Positions 16,423 through 24,383 of a stretch of 25,719 bases of DNA are shown here, one piece after another. The notes below the pieces were generated by a model, which saw only the letters and a program-made list of their open reading frames with translations, was not told the DNA's origin and ran no database searches. How positions within the stretch are numbered: the stretch's first letter is position 1; the number at the start of each line of letters is the position of its first letter. Origin of the DNA: Candidatus Competibacteraceae bacterium (GTDB taxonomy: Bacteria > Pseudomonadota > Gammaproteobacteria > Competibacterales > Competibacteraceae); NCBI GenBank assembly GCA_039807355.1, contig JBDHRB010000001.1, positions 1 to 25,719 of the forward strand. Reading direction: 5' to 3'. Both the position numbers and the translations under genes were made by a program.

Positions 16423-18189
16423 ATCGGGTAAGGGCGGGTGTTTAGCCCGCCCTCCCCACACCACCTAGCATGCGGGTCCGCACTAGGCGGTTCACAAGAA
16501 GGGAGCACACGACGATTTCAGGCATAGCCATGCGCTTTCATCCATTGATCGCGGATGCTGATCAAGCCCTGGCGTTGCAGCCAGTCGTTGGTCATCCCGG
16601 TTTGCGTGCCCAACGAACGGGACCGGCGCCAGTAGCTCTTCGAGCTCATGCCCGTCCAGATCGCGGCACGCTTCGGCGTTCCCGGGGCCAGCAGATGGTG
16701 GATGCGGTTACGCACCCCGCGCCACTGTTTCCAGTAGCACATGCGGATGCGTCACCGCAGCCAGTGGTCCAGCTCGGGAATCGGCCGGTAGTAGTCCGAG
16801 ATGCCGAAGTAGCCCATCCAACCACGGACCTATTCGGCGAGCGGCTTGAGCCGGTAGTCCATGGACACGCCCCAACTCCGGCCGGTGAGCTTGCGCAGCC
16901 GGTGACGGAAGTCCTGGTAGGCGCGCTCAGACCCGCGCAGCTTGCCTCCCCGGAAGGTAAAGCCGAGGAATTCGCACTCGCTGGTCTCGACCACACGGCT
17001 TTTATGCGGGTTGACCACCAGCTTGAGGGTTCCGGTCAGAAAGCGAGACACGCTCGCCATGACCCTTTCACCCGCGCGATGGCTCCGCACGAGGATCAGT
17101 AGATCGTCCGCGTAGCGGACGAACCGATGCCCCCGCACCTCCAGTTCCTTGTCCAGGTCATCCAGCAGGATATTGGCGAGCAAGGGCGACAGCGGCCCGC
17201 CTTGCGGCGTACCGATCACCGTTGCGTCAAGGATATCCCCGACCAGCACACCCGCCCGCAGATACTCGCCGATCAGTGCCAGCAGCCCTTTATCGCGGAC
17301 CTTGCGGCCCACTCGGGCCATCAGGACATCGTGCTGGACCGTGTCGAAGAACTTCGCCAAGTCCAGATTGACGGCAATTCGGTAGCCATCACCGATGTAG
17401 GTTTGTACCCGCCTCAATGCTCCGTGGGCGGAGCGTCCTGGCCGGAAGCCAAAACTCGAATCCGAGAATCCTGGATCGAAGATCGGTCCCAGAACTTGCG
17501 CAATGGCCTGCTGGATGGTGCGGTCTGTCACCGTCGGGATGCCGAGCGGGCGCTCGCCACCGTCGGGCTTGGGGATCGTCACCCGTCGTACCGGCACTGG
17601 CCGGTATGTGCCATCACGCAAGGCTTGGCGGATCGCCGGCCAGTTCGAACGTGCGAACTCCGGGAAGTCCTCGACGCGCATCCCATCCACACCGGGAGCG
17701 CCCTGGTTGGCCTTCACCCGCCTCCATGCCCGTCGTATGTTCTCGCTTTCCAGCACCCGCTCCATCAGGTCGTCGTGCAAGGCTGGCTGCGTGACATCAC
17801 GCCGCGACGCGTCTCCCCCGGACGGGTTCGACGACGCGCGCGAGCAATCCACGGCTCCGCCTTGTCTTCTTATGTTCAGCCCTTCATCGCGCCGCCCGTC
17901 CGCGGGCGGGCAATTACTATGGCCTCGGCTGACTTCTGTCCTGTCACGCCAGAAGTTGCCGCCCGGCGCGCTGCCCGAGTCGCGGTAGGGTCCGGTGGTG
18001 TGTCCAGCCCTTTCGGGCTGGCCCTCAGTCCGGCTCCCCTGGCGACCACAGCCCCCCGTAGAGTTCGATGGCTTGTCCAGCCCTTTCGGACTGGGCCTCA
18101 GTTCGACTCCCAAAGCGGCACGGACCGCCTGCGGGACAGATCTCCCCGGATAAGGACATGAACTTTCAGTGCACAACCGCCGCATTTAC
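16423..18189 (-). mobile_element. Group IIC intron, 5' part of domain I missing
   Basis: On the minus strand: DV GAACCGCC...GGTGG with CGC triad (from 16493), DVI hairpin GGGCGGG..CCCGCCC, 3' end CCCGAT (16423), DIII CAGAAGTCAGCCGAGGCCATAGTA and DI segment GTAAATGCGGCGGTTGTGCACTGAAAG. No GUGYG 5' end at the expected distance. Confidence 0.9.
16518..17852 (-). pseudogene. ltrA: Group II intron reverse transcriptase/maturase with two in-frame stops
   Basis: KANQGAPGVDG, RPLGIPTVTDR.IQQA, SFGFRPGRSA, GTPQGGPLSPLLANI, RYADD, FLGF. TAG at 16830-16832 and TGA at 16752-16754 interrupt the maturase domain (…RGWMGYF…RIRMCYWKQW…). No endonuclease domain. Start (GTG 17852) is uncertain. Confidence 0.92.
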
Positions 18190-19366
18190 CCGAAATTGCG
18201 CGAAAGGCCCCGGCGTTGACGCCGGGGATGGAGTGTGCGGCGCACGAAGTTTGCCCGTCTTTTCGAGCAATCTTGTGGATAATCGCTATCATAAACAGAT
18301 GATTAAGACTTTCCGCTACCGAATCAGGGATTCCGCTGCTGGCGCCCGCCTCGACAAGCTGGCGCGGGCGGTCAACGTCGTGTGGAACTTCTGCAACGCA
18401 ACCCAGCATCACGCCTTGCGCTGGAATCGGCGCTGGCCGTCTTATCAAGACTTGTGCAAGCTGACCACCGGCATCAGCCGGGAACTCGGTCTGCATTCCC
18501 AAACGGTGCAGGCCGTCTGCGAACAGTATGCCGACCGCCGCCAGCAGTTCAAGAAACGGAAATTGCGCTGGCGCGGGCGGCGCTCGCCGGGCTGGATTCC
18601 GTTTAAAGCCTCCGGCGTCAAAGTGGTCGGGGACACCGTGACCTACGCGGGGCAGACTTTCCCTTCTGGAACAGCCGTGATCGTCCCGGCGTGATCAAAG
18701 CCGGCAATTTTGCCCAGGATGCGCGCGGGCGCTGGTACGTCAACGTCGTGGTTGAAGCCCCCGATGAAGCGCCGACGACGGGCACCAGACAGATCGGCCT
18801 CGACTTGGGGCTGAAAACGCTGGCGACCTGTTCGGACGGGACCAAAATCGAAGCGCCCCGCTGGTATCGCGCCCAGCAAAAGCGCCTTGCCGAATGCCAG
18901 CGCCAGCGGAAACCGAGGCGAGTCCGCAACCTGCATGCGAAGATCAAAAACCGCCGCCTGGATTTTCTTCACAAGCTCTCGACGCAACGGGTTCGGGATT
19001 GCGAGCTGATCGTGGTCGGCGACGTGTCCAGTTCCAGATTGACCAAGACGAACCTGGCGAAATCGGTGAACGATGCCGGATGGGCCAGGTTCCGCCACCT
19101 TCTCGACTACAAAGCGATTGCGCGGAAGGTGGTGTATTGTGAGGTATCCGAATATCTCACAACCCAAACCTGTTCTCACTGCAATGCCGTGAGCGGCCCG
19201 AAAGGTCGAAAGGGTCTTGGGGTCAGGGAATGGGCGTGCGGCGAATGCGGCGCGGTTCACGACCGCGACGTCAACGCCGCGCTGAACATTCTCCGCTTGG
19301 GGCATCAAGCGCTACGCGCTGAAGGGCGGTAGGAATCCCCGGTCTTCAGGCCGGGGAGGATGTCAA
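18190..19366 (+). mobile_element. Non-autonomous IS200/IS605-family element (tnpB only, IS1341-like)
   Basis: Left end: TTAC(18186-89)| then 13 nt, AAAG and hairpin CCCCGGCG-ttga-CGCCGGGG. Right end: GAAT, hairpin CCCCGG-tcttcagg-CCGGGG, then aggatg-TCAA(19363-66). Both tetranucleotide pairs match the IS608 code. Confidence 0.9.
18299..19332 (+). pseudogene. tnpB: TnpB RNA-guided nuclease with one frameshift near 18663
   Basis: MIKTFRYRI..VNVVWNFCN; 1-bp frameshift at TTCCCTTCTGG; RuvC-I IGLDLGLK; Zn finger CSHC..CGECG; RuvC-III HDRDVNAALNI. Confidence 0.9.
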
Positions 19367-19704
19367 TCCAGTAGAGGTGATGGGGTGATCGGTGTACCGA
19401 TGAGCCGCATGAGTGCGGGCCGGGCTCGCCGCTTCATTGGAGGGATCGGGCGGACGGTGCCGGTCGCATCGCACCGCCCGAAATCGGCCAGGGCGCGGGC
19501 GGTGGCGGCAGCGTGGCCCGTTCCGGGTCGTCGGCCGCCACCCGCCACGTCTTGCAGGTGGCGCAGCGCAGGTCGTCGCGCGCCCAAGCCGGATGCGCGC
19601 AAAACGCGGCCACCAGACGCGGGGAAGGCGAATTGACGGGAGCGGCGGGGCGGTCTTCGGTTCCGGTCACTGGATGCGCCGGCTTTGTCTCGCCCTCCAA
19701 ACCC

Positions 19705-20334
19705 TCAAAATTTCCTGCTCTTAACGATTTTCTTGCCGACGATTTTCCACTCTTGCCCGGTCACATCCACGGCGCGGAACATATGCTCGATCGGCCCGCC
19801 GCCGTAATACGAATTCGCCGCCTCCATCCAAGCGTCCAAAATCGCTTTCGGACCGTTCTGTCCGGGTTGGACGCGCCGGAAGAAACGTTCGAGCATGACC
19901 TTGTTGATCTCAACGCCGCATACTGCCGCATAGCCGAGCAAGAGCGGGTTCACGAACAACTGCCGGAGCGTTCTGATCGCGATGTCGTCGCGCAACACGT
20001 TGCACGCGCCCCAAACCACCACCGAACAAAACTCGTGCAGCCGAAACTCGGTGGAATTCTTGAGCAGCTCCCTGCTGGGCTCGTTTCCCACGAGCACGGC
20101 CACGCCATCGGATTTGAAATCGACCGCCGCGAAATCGCCGTAAAGCGACATCGGCTCGAAATGGCCGCTGAAATAAATCCAATCCGGCCAGCCACCGAAA
20201 AAGGCGGTCAGTTGCTCGGCGGTCGGTCGGGCGCCGATCAGCGAATGCTCGCCCGACATCCCGATCCGCTGGCACCCCGCTTCCCACAGGCGCGCATCTG
20301 CGCCGCTGCCCAAATCCAAGGTCGAATATTTCAT
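19705..20334 (-). CDS. Hypothetical protein (209 aa) with caspase/CHAT-like (clan CD) His-Cys motifs
   Basis: DWIYFSGHF (H58) and SVVVWGACNVL (C111), each after a hydrophobic beta-strand. Start ATG 20334 is preceded by GAAGG. Confidence 0.7.
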   Translation of the reverse strand: MKYSTLDLGSGADARLWEAGCQRIGMSGEHSLIGARPTAEQLTAFFGGWPDWIYFSGHFEPMSLYGDFAAVDFKSDGVAVLVGNEPSRELLKNSTEFRLHEFCSVVVWGACNVLRDDIAIRTLRQLFVNPLLLGYAAVCGVEINKVMLERFFRRVQPGQNGPKAILDAWMEAANSYYGGGPIEHMFRAVDVTGQEWKIVGKKIVKSRKF

Positions 20335-20579
20335 GCCGTCGCCTTCCCGAATAGGATGGTTATTCGCTCGAGATGGGCTATTCCGCAAATTCCGCGCCAT
20401 CGCCCGATAAAGTCGGTCATGCCGGGAAATGTGCCGCGATAGCGCGCTGCAATGGGATCAGAATGAGCGGGTCAATTCGAGCGCCGCCGTTCAATCAGGG
20501 CTGATCGAAGCGGGCGACGGTTGGATTAGCAACATCGGTAAAATGCGGCGCTTTCGCCGTTGGCTTTGGGCTCGCGCCG

Positions 20580-20815
20580 GCTCGCGCCGGCTGTTGACCC
20601 GCAGGAAGCGAGCGGACCCGGTTTCATCCAGCGCGCCCGCCGCCAGCGCCCGCACCGCTTGGGCCGCTTCCGCCTCGTCGGCGGTGAAAGGTAGACGTTG
20701 AGTTCAAGGAACAGCACGCCGACCCCAAAACCCACGCGCTTGTTACCGTCGATGAAGGGATGGTTGCGCGCGAGGTCCGCCATGTAGGTCACCGCCAGGT
20801 CGAGGCCGCTGCCGG
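20580..20815 (-). pseudogene. doc: Doc (Fic-family) toxin remnant, 5'-truncated and frameshifted
   Basis: DLAVTYMADLARNHPFIDGNKRVGF (Doc motif HPFxDGNKR at 20736-20762); frameshift near 20690 to FTADEAEAAQAVRALAAGALDE; no N-terminus; no phd antitoxin nearby. Confidence 0.82.
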
Positions 20816-20848
20816 GAGACGATCACCATCACCGAGGCCCGGCGGCTG

Positions 20849-21061
20849 GTGATCTCAAAAGGTCGGGTCGATCGTGTTTTGTACCGCGTGGCCGGCATGG
20901 TAGTGCTGGCCGCGCTGCTCGTTTTTTTCTACAGGAGTCTGGTCCATCAACCGTTGTTCGACGAATCAATCGCCGTGGTCGCGGGCATCGTGTTCGCGCA
21001 AATCGGCGTGCTGAGCGTCGGCGTGTGGCTCCGGCGCCGGTGGCCAGAGCGGTTTCGTTGA
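20849..21061 (+). CDS. Small two-TM membrane protein, probably the 3' remnant of a longer gene
   Basis: Two hydrophobic helices (VAGMVVLAALLVFFY; IAVVAGIVFAQIGVLSVGVWL); the frame stays open upstream to about 20816, where it meets the doc remnant. Confidence 0.4.
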   Translation: MISKGRVDRVLYRVAGMVVLAALLVFFYRSLVHQPLFDESIAVVAGIVFAQIGVLSVGVWLRRRWPERFR

Positions 21062-21192
21062 TCCGCACTCCGAACCCCGCGCGGATCGGGTGGCGTTCGG
21101 CGGGGATGAAGCCTTCGAGCAAGGCCGAATCGAGGGCGGTCGGGTCTGCCATGGTGACTCTTGGAGAGGGTTCGATCCGTTTATTCACGTCG

Positions 21193-21705
21193 TCAGCACG
21201 CGCCCTTGGCCGTGGCGAACAGGCGACGCAAGCGCAACTGGTTGTTGGCATTCACGGTCAGCTGCCACTGCTGCTCGACCCGCATGGCGAGCGCCTCACC
21301 CTGGTAGGTGCGCGCCCGCCAGCAGACCTCCAGCGTAACCTCGAATCCGTTGTTGGCTTGGCGGACCACCTCAAGCTTCTGTACCTCATGGGTGTTCCAG
21401 GCGATGTTGTCGATCACGCCCTGATACCAACGCTGGAAATCGGCCACGCTATTGACCGGAAAATCGGGGTACTGGATCGTCACCCCGGCAGGATCCAGAT
21501 GGCGGGTAAACGTCTCCAGCGGGGCCTGGTGATCAAAGCCGGCGAACCACTGATAGACAAAGGCCTTGACGTCATTGGGGCTGAGGGTATTCCGCGCCTC
21601 GGGATCATACTCCCCTGCGGGCGTCGTCAACGCCGTGGCAATGCCAGCTCCCAGCACCAGGACGCCGAATAGACGATTACGCAACAAGGACATGCTCTCT
21701 CTCAT
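21193..21705 (-). CDS. Putative exported NTF2/SnoaL-like protein
   Basis: Signal-peptide-like N-terminus (LLRNRLFGVLVLGAGIATA); VKAFVYQWFAGFDH..F.RWY...THEVQKLEV...V.WRA...QQWQL pattern typical of NTF2-like folds. ATG overlaps the upstream stop (ATGA). Confidence 0.65.
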   Translation of the reverse strand: MRESMSLLRNRLFGVLVLGAGIATALTTPAGEYDPEARNTLSPNDVKAFVYQWFAGFDHQAPLETFTRHLDPAGVTIQYPDFPVNSVADFQRWYQGVIDNIAWNTHEVQKLEVVRQANNGFEVTLEVCWRARTYQGEALAMRVEQQWQLTVNANNQLRLRRLFATAKGAC

Positions 21706-22060
21706 GTTGTACCCACCATGACAATCTTGCCCCGGGTGTGCTGCCGGCGCATGGCCAGCAACGCCTCACCCACTCGCCGCAGGTCGATCTCTTCCAGGGC
21801 GGCGACGCGGATTTTACCCTGCTCCAGCAGGCCGTTCATCGCCGTCGCGGCCTGCGACAGGGTTTGCCGGCCCGCGTCACCGTGGCGATGGCCAGGGCCG
21901 AGGCTCGACTGGTGAAAGCTCAAGCCCTTCATGAAAGCGTCGGGATAGTGCAGGGCGGGTGACCCACACCAATTCGACCAATTCTCCCTCGAAACCCAGC
22001 ACCGAGGCGGCCTGGGGGCGTTATCGCCACCCACCGTATCCAGCACCCGGCTAACTCCCA
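21702..22060 (-). pseudogene. C-terminal remnant of a zinc-binding dehydrogenase / NADPH:quinone oxidoreductase (MDR)
   Basis: VLDTVGG...LLEQGKIRV...EALLAMRRQHTRGKIVM is the MDR C-terminus. Frameshifts lie between 21950 and 22020, and the N-terminal two-thirds are absent. Confidence 0.75.
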
Positions 22061-22097
22061 GTCTACGGGTGATACGCATTAGCGGCCCTTTGGGCTG

Positions 22098-22175
22098 CGC
22101 GCCCCTTCATCCCCAGCCAAATCCCTTCGCCTTCGGCTCGGAAGGAAGGGAATATGGCTGGAGCACTGGGGCGCG
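22098..22175. other. Long imperfect intergenic hairpin (78 nt)
   Basis: CGCGCCCC..CCAGCCA.ATCCCTTC.CCTTC-ggctcg-GAAGG.AAGGGAAT.TGGCTGG..GGGGCGCG. Confidence 0.55.
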
Positions 22176-22260
22176 AGTTCGGGTAGACCGACCAAGGCAA
22201 GGGAAAGGCTTTGGCAAGAGCGGGTCGGCGCTGAACAACTGTATTCCTTTTTCCGTCAAC

Positions 22261-22275
22261 GTATGATTATCATAC
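22261..22275. promoter_or_regulatory. Perfect 7-1-7 palindrome (operator-like) 4 nt upstream of the ATPase start codon
   Basis: GTATGAT-T-ATCATAC; contains TATGAT, a -10-like hexamer. Confidence 0.5.
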
Positions 22276-22279
22276 TTTC

Positions 22280-23524
22280 ATGGAAATTCAACTGCCCTCC
22301 GCTATCCTGCCTCGCGCCGCGGCGGCGACACTGGAGCGCGCCGCCAACGTGGCGCCGGTGGTCATCCTGCTCGGCGCGCGCCAGACCGGCAAAACCACCC
22401 TGGTCCGGTCACTGCCGCGGCTGGCCGGTCGGCCTTATCTGACCCTCGACGACTTCGATCTTCGGATGCAGGCCGAGGCCGACCCCGAAAGCGTGGTGGC
22501 CCGGGCGCCCGCCTTGATTCTCGACGAAGTCCAGCGGGCGCGCGACCTGTTGATCGCCATCAAGCGCGCCGTCGATCGAGACCCGGCGCGCACGCCAGGT
22601 CGCTTTATCTTGACTGGCTCGGCCAACCTGCTGATGTTGGAGCGGATCGGCGAGACCCTGGCCGGCCGGGCGGTCTACGTCACGCTCTGGCCGTTCACTC
22701 GTCGCGAGCGGTTTGGGTTCGGGCGGGCGGGTGCCTGGAGCGAACTGCTGGCCGCGCCGTTCGCCGCTTGGCGTGAGGTACTGGGGGTTGGCGAGGGACC
22801 GGCGGAGGACTGGCGCACGGCGGCCCGACTCGGCGGTCTGCCCGTTCCCGCCCGCGAGCTGGCCGACGACGACCAGCGCGCGCTCTGGTTCTCCGGTTAC
22901 GTGCAGACCTATCTCGAACGGGACTTGCAGGCGCTGCGGGCGGTCGAGAATCTCGCCGATTTTCGCCGGCTGATGCGGGCGGCCTGCCTGCGAATCGGGG
23001 GGTTGCTCAACCAGACCGAACTGAGCCGCGATGTCGGCATCGTCCAACCCCAGGTTCATCGGTTCTTGAACTTGATGGAGGCGAGCTATCAAGCAATTCG
23101 CCTGCCGGCCTACGCGGTGAACCGAACCCGCCGGTTGATCAAGGCGCCCAAGCTGTACTGGAGCGACACCGCGCTGGCCCTGTTCCTGGCGGGAGAGACG
23201 GAGCCGCGCGGGCCGCACCTGGAAAATCTGGTGCTGGCGGACCTGCTGGCCTGGCGGGACGCGCAGGCGCGGCGGCCGGAGGTGCTCTACTGGCGGACCG
23301 CCACCGGCCTGGAAGTGGATTTCGTGGTGGAAACCCCCGCGCGGTTGCTGCCGGTGGAAGTCAAGGCCGCTTCGCGCGTGACGCCCACCGATGCCAAGGG
23401 CTTGGAGGCGTTCCTCGACGAGTACCCCGACCGGACCGATGGCGCCCTGCTGCTCCATGGGGGTGCGGACAGCTTTCCCCTGACCCGGCGGGTGCTGGCC
23501 GCGCCGTGGTGGCGGGTGTGTTGA
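22280..23524 (+). CDS. AAA+ ATPase with C-terminal DUF4143 / PD-(D/E)XK domain
   Basis: Walker A GARQTGKTTL, Walker B ILDEVQR, FILTGSA, LAGR, GGLP, APKLYWSDT, YWRT..G.EVDFVV...VEVKA. Confidence 0.92.
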   Translation: MEIQLPSAILPRAAAATLERAANVAPVVILLGARQTGKTTLVRSLPRLAGRPYLTLDDFDLRMQAEADPESVVARAPALILDEVQRARDLLIAIKRAVDRDPARTPGRFILTGSANLLMLERIGETLAGRAVYVTLWPFTRRERFGFGRAGAWSELLAAPFAAWREVLGVGEGPAEDWRTAARLGGLPVPARELADDDQRALWFSGYVQTYLERDLQALRAVENLADFRRLMRAACLRIGGLLNQTELSRDVGIVQPQVHRFLNLMEASYQAIRLPAYAVNRTRRLIKAPKLYWSDTALALFLAGETEPRGPHLENLVLADLLAWRDAQARRPEVLYWRTATGLEVDFVVETPARLLPVEVKAASRVTPTDAKGLEAFLDEYPDRTDGALLLHGGADSFPLTRRVLAAPWWRVC

Positions 23525-23657
23525 GCGTCCGCCGCCCCTTGGCGGAGCGCGATCAGGTATGGTCAACAGGAACTAAAGTTGATTTGCTCGCGCTGCCGCC
23601 GCAGCGAGCATATACTCCATTTAGCGACTTTTATCTCCATGATTGGATGACGATACG

Positions 23658-24383
23658 ATGGTATCAATGAAGGTTGCCGTAGCCGCCGGAAAAGGGGGTG
23701 TTGGAAAAACAACAATCGCTTGTGGAATCGCATCCGTGTTGGCAACCCAAGGAAATCGGGTTTTGTTAGTAGACTTGGACCCTCAAAGTAACGCTGCTTG
23801 GGGCTTGGGAGCGGATCCCACCCAGCCAGGCACGGCGGAGCTACTCTTGGGCGATGCCCCTGTTCCTATACAAGTTACAGATAACTTGTGGGTATTGCCG
23901 GGAGGGCCAGGGCTCAAAGGTCATGAAGTGATGCGATTAGACCCAGAAGCACTGGCGGATGCCATCGCGAAGTTTGACCACACGGCCATTATTTTCGACT
24001 GCCCGCCCGGCTGGGATCATCTGGAACGATTTGGGTTGGTCGCGGCTGAGGCTGCCTTGATTGTGGTCGATGCTCATCCCTTCGCGATCCAGGGCGCAGC
24101 TCGCGTGGTTGAAACTCTTTTGGCGCGGCGACAAAAAAATCGACAAGGCGCACGGCGGTGGGCTCTCGTTATGAGCAGAGTGGATCTGCGTCGTACCTTG
24201 GATAAGGATCTTGAAGCCGCTCTAACAACTATGTTTCCAGATATTGATCGTCTTTTGATTAGGCAGGATGTAGCCTTATCACTGGCTACTACAGAACGAA
24301 TACCTGTTATGGAGGCAGCACCCCAAAATTGTCGGGGAATTATTGATCTTCAAGAAGTGGTCGGGTGGTTGCGGAATGGCTAA
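23658..24383 (+). CDS. parA: Second ParA-family ATPase
   Basis: KGGVGKTT, VLLVDLDPQSNA, IIFDCPPG. Start at ATG 23658 or 23667. Confidence 0.92.
   Translation: MVSMKVAVAAGKGGVGKTTIACGIASVLATQGNRVLLVDLDPQSNAAWGLGADPTQPGTAELLLGDAPVPIQVTDNLWVLPGGPGLKGHEVMRLDPEALADAIAKFDHTAIIFDCPPGWDHLERFGLVAAEAALIVVDAHPFAIQGAARVVETLLARRQKNRQGARRWALVMSRVDLRRTLDKDLEAALTTMFPDIDRLLIRQDVALSLATTERIPVMEAAPQNCRGIIDLQEVVGWLRNG

Noticed and set aside
8332-17852. Diversity-generating retroelement (an RT plus a repeated segment in a large gene)
   Set aside because: The repeat is inverted, not direct, and has no adenine-specific mismatches. The RT lies inside group IIC intron RNA domains and is a pseudogene. There is no avd-like gene.
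17853-18298. N-terminal extensions of the RT ORF (to 18185) and the TnpB ORF (from 18068)
   Set aside because: They run through intron RNA domains I-III and the IS left end, which are non-coding structures.
16423-19366. IStron-like intron/TnpB chimera
   Set aside because: IStrons are group I introns fused co-directionally to IS605/IS607. Here a group II intron is on the opposite strand, and the tnpB element has its own complete LE and RE, so this is an insertion or truncation.
19469-19473. GTGCG on the minus strand as the intron 5' end
   Set aside because: It is only about 107 nt from the resumed junction, too short for the missing part of domain I, and no IIC domain I motifs follow it.
19434-19700. 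88-aa minus-strand ORF with CxxC (LRCATCKTW)
   Set aside because: It could be a small or decayed Zn-binding gene downstream of the His-Cys protein, but there is no clear SD or family motif, so the evidence is insufficient to call it.
333-23566. Long antisense or alternate-frame ORFs (e.g. 333..1433, 3718..4728, 5666..6721, 5692..6687, 6838..8055, 9807..10886, 17127..18161, 18643..19308, 19513..20442, 22409..23566)
   Set aside because: They are shadows of better-supported genes in high-GC DNA, with biased Arg/Gly/Pro composition and no motifs.
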